Assembly (NCBI GenBank): GCA_041697335.1
Contig: JBGUGD010000001.1
Span: 96,001-160,000 of the forward strand
Direction: 5' to 3'
Source of the DNA: Vampirovibrionaceae bacterium NZW_1234
GTDB lineage: Bacteria; Cyanobacteriota; Vampirovibrionia; Vampirovibrionales; JAGQHJ01
DNA: 64,000 nucleotides
In this document: piece by piece, positions 59,009-64,000 of the stretch
Position numbering within the stretch: position 1 is the stretch's first letter
How the letters are laid out: each line of letters starts with the position of its first letter
Translations under genes and position numbers: made by a program
The notes under the pieces: model-generated
Databases searched by the model: none
What the model was told of the DNA's origin: nothing
What the model saw: the letters and a program-made list of their open reading frames with translations, nothing else

Positions 59009-59548
59009 TGTTCAACGTGGGCTTAACCTGCTTATTCTCTCATTATAGTTGTTTTCTCACTGTCATTGGGTGTCTTTGCGGGGGTTGATAGGCGCAGCCT
59101 TTCAAGGTATGGGTCCTGCGCAATACTGCCTTTCTCCTGCTCAAAGTGCAATTGCTAGCAGAGGAGCGGTTGCGTCAATTGGGAAGATGATCATAAGGTT
59201 TAATATCAATCTGAAAATGAAATGGCGTGGAATCATGGCAGCTGTCTGCACTTGGAGTTATGGATTGCCGGGAAGCGGCCCCGTGAGAATAATGTATCGG
59301 TGATAGCGGTTCCTCTCAAGATGGCTGTAAAAAGTACCTGGATTTTGCCAAGCGCAATACCGTCGACTAAGCGGATCGCTTAAAAAAGCCATCAAGGACA
59401 AGAACTTTGTCGATCCCGAGGGGACACCCCATCACGGGATTCTGGATCCGGTGCGGGCTTTGGAGCTGACCCAGGAGCGGATGAAGGCCCGAGAGTAAGC
59501 TTATTCGTCCGTTCGTTTGGCTCATCATGGCGATTGCCCGGAAATCCG

Positions 59549-59883
59549 CTAGCCTTTGGCGTAGCCGGTGGCAAAGGCGTAGAACAGCATGGCCACAGGC
59601 CCAGCATGAAAAGGGGAGGAACCAGGATACCGCCCAAAGTGGTGACCCACGCCAGGCTGTTTAACGGCGTGATGCGGCCCAATTCTTTCAACCCACTGCG
59701 GGCACATTTTAGGGTGTGCTGCCATATGGATTCCGTATTCTGAGCGGACTGGGGCTTTTTAACGGCTTTGTGAGCAGAGGAGAACCTTGGTACCGATGTC
59801 GACAAAACCGGATTAAGACGTGTCCCTTGAATGCAGGGTATTGCAACTGTGTAAGTGGGGTTATGAATCAGTTTCATGGGCAT
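59549..59883 (-). pseudogene. Frameshifted small membrane protein, paralog of 59933-60295
   Basis: Similarity to the neighbour switches frame at 59594-59597 and continues to a TAG at 59551-59549. Confidence 0.6.
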
Positions 59884-59932
59884 TTTTAAATTGCGATGTA
59901 TTCCAATGAGACGAACGAGAAAAAAATCGGTG

Positions 59933-60295
59933 TTAGGATGGGGGTGATTCACTGCGTCGTTCCGGATCGGTTGGTCGGGCAAAGCCATTGGCAAAAGAAA
60001 CCAAAAGCAGGGAAATGCCGACCATCAGTAACGGTGGCACGAAAATGCCTGCCAGGAAACTTCCCCACGCGCCAACGTTGAGTAGGGAAAGCGTGACTAC
60101 CTGGCGAAACCCATTTTGTATGGATTGCTTCAGCATCAACGGAATGTCATTCATTTCCGGGTCTGTTGACGTTGCTTGGGTGGACTTTTGTGTATTTGAA
60201 TTTCCGGCAAAACCGGGACGAGCTGAATTTTTTAGCTGCAATACAGTATGATGTGAGTTTTTAAATTTAAAATCTTGTGACCTAATAGAAGTCAT
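59933..60295 (-). CDS. Small protein with C-terminal hydrophobic hairpin
   Basis: LLNVGAWGSFLAGIFVPPLLMVGISLLLVSFANGFA. Confidence 0.65.
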   Translation of the reverse strand: MTSIRSQDFKFKNSHHTVLQLKNSARPGFAGNSNTQKSTQATSTDPEMNDIPLMLKQSIQNGFRQVVTLSLLNVGAWGSFLAGIFVPPLLMVGISLLLVSFANGFARPTDPERRSESPPS

Positions 60296-60309
60296 AGCTG
60301 GCACCACGT

Positions 60310-61530
60310 TTAGGATATAAATCCACGTAAGTCAATATCAAATAAATTTTGTAAAAAGTCTTGTGCGCCTGATTGAAAGGTATCTAGCATTACTGTTGCA
60401 AAATTTGCTATTTTCCCTAATGGTCCATACCAATTTGGGGCCTTGCCTGATGCGCAATAATGTTGAAAGCCCCAGAGCATCGATAATGAAGGAAGGCCAA
60501 AACCAATACCTCCTGATAATGCACCTGTTAACTGTCCTAGTCCTGGAATAAATCTATGAAATAGGGACGTAACACGCTCACCAAAATGAACGATATTAGA
60601 AATTTGTAAAACAGGCTCTATTTCTTTATTTTCATTGGTGGGTATTTTAAATACTTTCTTCAGCTTGTTAAAAAGTACTTTATTTAAAGTCAGATGGTAA
60701 AAATCAGATGCAAGGGGAAGTAGCCCTAGGCTGCCTGTTGCACAAGCTGCACCTGTATATAATATGCACAGTCCAATGGCTTTAAAATATTGGTTTAAAC
60801 TTACTTTTCGTTTGTTTCCCTCAAAAGTTAAATATCGATGGTCAGAAAAATAGGCTTTTGGAAGAGGTGCTTTGAGGTATTCTTCTAAAATTGCTTCAAA
60901 TGCTTCGATGTTATTGGGGTGTTGTTTTAATTTAATTAAGGCTTTTCTGAGGGCTGGATCTTTTTTGATGTGTTTGGCGGCAGATATACTAAAATTGCAC
61001 ACTGCTGTGGTTTGTTGAAATTCTTTTACAGACTCCCTTAGTCGGTATAAAGTACGATACTTTCGACATTTAGCGAGTCGTTCGTTTGCTTCCTGATTAC
61101 AGGCATCAGCTAGTCTGGAATAAAAATTAATGGCAATGTCGGGTTTAATTAAAAAATCAATTAAGCCTATTTCACCTGACTTCAGTGCCTTTCTGAACAA
61201 CTTTATGTCACGAGTGGCGTGTTTTAATTCTTTCGGACGCTGGTAGCTTGTTAGTTCTTCCCAAAAAGAGTCAAAGTACTCTGGGTCTGTAAGATCATTC
61301 AGTAATTCACTGAGTTCAGAGTTAATTTGTGGTGCTGGTTTAATGGTTGAATGTTCAGTGTCATCTGGCGTGTTGGGCTGTAAGGGGGGCGGTTGAGATG
61401 GCAGGTGATAGGTTGGCTGCCCAGAAAGAAATGAAAAATGGTAAAACGATGGCTGAGTATTCAATGTTTTTTTATTACTATTCGGGTCTGAATTTGATTT
61501 AAATCTTATTTGCACATTCTGAATTATCAT
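60310..61530 (-). CDS. AT-rich orphan protein with C-terminal hydrophobic segments
   Basis: 406-aa open frame in visibly AT-rich DNA; Pro-rich N-terminus; two Gly-rich hydrophobic stretches. Confidence 0.8.
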   Translation of the reverse strand: MIIQNVQIRFKSNSDPNSNKKTLNTQPSFYHFSFLSGQPTYHLPSQPPPLQPNTPDDTEHSTIKPAPQINSELSELLNDLTDPEYFDSFWEELTSYQRPKELKHATRDIKLFRKALKSGEIGLIDFLIKPDIAINFYSRLADACNQEANERLAKCRKYRTLYRLRESVKEFQQTTAVCNFSISAAKHIKKDPALRKALIKLKQHPNNIEAFEAILEEYLKAPLPKAYFSDHRYLTFEGNKRKVSLNQYFKAIGLCILYTGAACATGSLGLLPLASDFYHLTLNKVLFNKLKKVFKIPTNENKEIEPVLQISNIVHFGERVTSLFHRFIPGLGQLTGALSGGIGFGLPSLSMLWGFQHYCASGKAPNWYGPLGKIANFATVMLDTFQSGAQDFLQNLFDIDLRGFIS

Positions 61531-61688
61531 TTTTCTGTCGGATTTCTGTTTTTATAGTCACTAATCTTTGTATAAAAATATTGTTGCGTCAATATTTTAA
61601 TGAAACCAGAGTGGCAACAACAACATAATTTTTTACACATTGCCAAGAGCGTGTTTGCTGCTTAAGAGGCCGGGCCTATCTGGTGCGG

Positions 61689-63875
61689 TTAAACGGTGGC
61701 GAGGTGGGCGGGGATGGATTTGAAGGCGGGGGTTTTGGATTCGGGGTCCAGGTGTTGGGGGACCAGGAGGTTGGCTTCGGGGTAGTACATGGCCAAAGAG
61801 CCGGGGGCGATGTCGGTGATGGAGACCCGGACCCGCATGGTGCCGGTTTCGGTGGAAACATCCACCGCTTGGCCTTCGGCAAGGTTCAGGCGCCGGGCAT
61901 CGACGGGGGACATCATTACAACGTCCCGGTGGGTGTTGCCCCGGTAGAGGTCCTCTTCTTCATAGACCACGGTGTTGAACTGGCCCTCGGAGCGAATGGT
62001 CATCAGCTGGAAGGTCCCGTCCTGATACGCCAGGTCGGGGACCGGGGTGACGTAGAAATGGGCCTTGCCGTCGGGGGTGGGGAAGGCCGGGGTGTGAAAG
62101 GTGCGGTTGGCAATCTGAAATTCAGCGCGGGTTTGGCCAATGTCCTTGAGGGGCTCCAGGCCGGGGACCACTTCGGCGATGGCGTCGCGAAGCGCCTGGT
62201 GGGAGTGAAGGGTTGACCAGTCGTAGACGCCTTTGGGCAAAATGCGCTCGGCAATGCTGGCAATGATGTCCACCTCCGAGCGCATGTCCCCTGGGACCAG
62301 GGGCTTGCCGCCGTCAGAAAGGCGGACATAGTTGAACATGGATTCCTGGGTCGTGCTCTGGTGCTCTTCGTCTCGGGCCAGGCAGGGCAGGATGAGGGCC
62401 GTTTGCCCCCGCCCGTGGAGATGGCCTTCGTTGAGCTTGGTGGAGACGGTGATGGTGAGGGGAATGCGTTGCAGGGCCTCGGCGGCCCAGGTGCGATGGG
62501 GGTTGCTGCCGAACAGGTTGCCGCCCAGCAGGAAGGCCACGTCGATGTTGCCCTCGTGGGAGGCGACCATGGCGCCATGGGTGTCCATGCCGCTGCCTTC
62601 GGGGAGGGTGATGTTGTAGAGGCGGCTCAGGCGCTCGGCAAAGGCCTGTTTGAGCTGAGGGGCCACCCCCACGGTGCCTACGCCCTGGACGTTGGAATGC
62701 CCCCGGATGGGAAGAAGCCCAGAGCCCGGTTGCCCCAACCAGCCCTGGCTGAGGGCCAGGTTCGACAGGGCGAGGATGTTGTCCACGCCAAAGGCATGGT
62801 GGGTGAGGCCCATGGCCCACATAAAGATGCCTCGCTTGCTGTGGGCGATGATGCGCACGGCCTGCTCAATCTCGTCGTGAGAAAGGCCGCAGGCGGTGAG
62901 CAGATCCGACCAGGAGCTGGCCTTGATGTCGGCTTCCACGGCGTCCCAGCCTTGGGTATAGCGGGCAATGTAGTCGCGGTCGAGATGCTCTCTCTCGATG
63001 AGGCCTTTGAGGAGGGCTTTGTACAGGGCAATGTCGGATCCGACCCGGGGCTGGAGGTAAAGATCACAGACGGTTGACCCGAAGAGGAGGCTCTTGGGGC
63101 GGGACGGGATTTTAAAGCGTACCAGGCCCAGCTCTTTTAAAGGGTTGATGACGATGACCCGCCCGCCTCGCTGGCGCAGTTCAACCAGTTGCGTGATGAG
63201 GCGCGGGTGGTTGCTGGCCGGGTTGGCCCCGGCGACGATGGCCAGATCGGCATGGTGCAGATCGTCCAGGGTGATGGAGGCGGTGCCGGACCCGTAAATC
63301 TTGTTGAGGGCGACCCCGGAGGCCTGGTGGCAGTAGTAGGAACAATTGTTGACGTTGTTGGTGCCATAGGCCCGGGCCATCAGCTGGAGCAGGAAGGCGG
63401 CCTCGTTGCTGGCCCGGCCCGAGGAATAGAAAAACGTCCGGTCCGGGTGGGTGCTGTTAAAGCCCCGGGCAATGCGATCAAAGGCCTCCTCCCAGGACAC
63501 CATGCGAAAATGGGTGTCGCCGGGTTCGGCAATCATCGGGTACGCCAGGCGGCCCAGGTATTCCAGCTCCCGCGGGGTCAGGCGGCTCATCTGGGCAATG
63601 CTGGTCTGTTTCAGAAACTCGGGCGTGATGATGCCCTGCATGTCCCCGGCCTGGGCCTGGACGGATTTCTTGCAAAACTCCGGAAAATGACCCGCTTCGT
63701 TGACCATGCCGCCTTTTTGCCCGCCCATGCCTAAGGCACAGGTTTTACAGGCGTTTTTGGACGCCATGCGGACAAAAAAGCGAAACAGACCGCCCGAGGT
63801 CCAGGCTTTTCGCATGGTGTAGAGAATGGCCGGAAAGCCCCCGGCGGCAGAAACGCGATATTTTCCCATGGGCAC
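61689..63875 (-). CDS. FdhF/YdeP family molybdopterin oxidoreductase
   Basis: CKTCA, EFC, YSSGRASNE, NNCSYYCHQASG, PIRGHSNVQG and RSEGQFNT motifs. Confidence 0.92.
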   Translation of the reverse strand: MPMGKYRVSAAGGFPAILYTMRKAWTSGGLFRFFVRMASKNACKTCALGMGGQKGGMVNEAGHFPEFCKKSVQAQAGDMQGIITPEFLKQTSIAQMSRLTPRELEYLGRLAYPMIAEPGDTHFRMVSWEEAFDRIARGFNSTHPDRTFFYSSGRASNEAAFLLQLMARAYGTNNVNNCSYYCHQASGVALNKIYGSGTASITLDDLHHADLAIVAGANPASNHPRLITQLVELRQRGGRVIVINPLKELGLVRFKIPSRPKSLLFGSTVCDLYLQPRVGSDIALYKALLKGLIEREHLDRDYIARYTQGWDAVEADIKASSWSDLLTACGLSHDEIEQAVRIIAHSKRGIFMWAMGLTHHAFGVDNILALSNLALSQGWLGQPGSGLLPIRGHSNVQGVGTVGVAPQLKQAFAERLSRLYNITLPEGSGMDTHGAMVASHEGNIDVAFLLGGNLFGSNPHRTWAAEALQRIPLTITVSTKLNEGHLHGRGQTALILPCLARDEEHQSTTQESMFNYVRLSDGGKPLVPGDMRSEVDIIASIAERILPKGVYDWSTLHSHQALRDAIAEVVPGLEPLKDIGQTRAEFQIANRTFHTPAFPTPDGKAHFYVTPVPDLAYQDGTFQLMTIRSEGQFNTVVYEEEDLYRGNTHRDVVMMSPVDARRLNLAEGQAVDVSTETGTMRVRVSITDIAPGSLAMYYPEANLLVPQHLDPESKTPAFKSIPAHLATV

Positions 63876-64000
63876 CAGTATACCGGATTTTGCCCCGAAG
63901 CGACAGGGCGTTTGTTTGCGCCGGAGATGGTGCCGAGGTTAGGGATCGGGTGCTGTGGTCGGCAGATAGGTCGCTGTACCGAATTCGTTTGCGCTGTTGG

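Overview
This is a bacterial chromosomal window. It is most likely from a non-photosynthetic cyanobacterial relative (Vampirovibrionia/'Melainabacteria'); that is an inference from cyanobacteria-like ribosomal proteins, rpsD inside the alpha operon, long-form EF-Ts and no photosynthesis genes in the window. The housekeeping backbone is add, yraN, rpsM-rpsK-rpsD-rpoA-rplQ-truA-rplM-rpsI, hom-thrC, tRNA-Lys(UUU), miaA, polar amino-acid ABC genes, rpsB-tsf-pyrH, a PAS histidine kinase/NarL pair, a TetR-RND efflux operon, an M16 peptidase pair and an FdhF/YdeP oxidoreductase. I found no transposase, integrase, phage gene or CRISPR array. The most interesting signals are: (1) a cluster of sibling sRNA-like units at 3.4-4.5 kb sharing an identical 21-nt core just before a terminator, next to a 59-aa ORF absent from the ORF track; (2) dispersed orphan, signal-peptide-less, mostly low-complexity proteins (several Lys/Cys-poor), five of which share an upstream TGTTTTTATA element and several a CTTAAG 10-11-bp direct repeat, suggesting a co-regulated secreted-protein regulon, with a FliK-like gene in the same window; (3) a membrane/TrkA-C/peroxiredoxin fusion; (4) further candidate structured RNAs, an inverted-repeat/decamer array and a frameshifted paralog. 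All functional calls come from motif recognition by eye; no database search was run.
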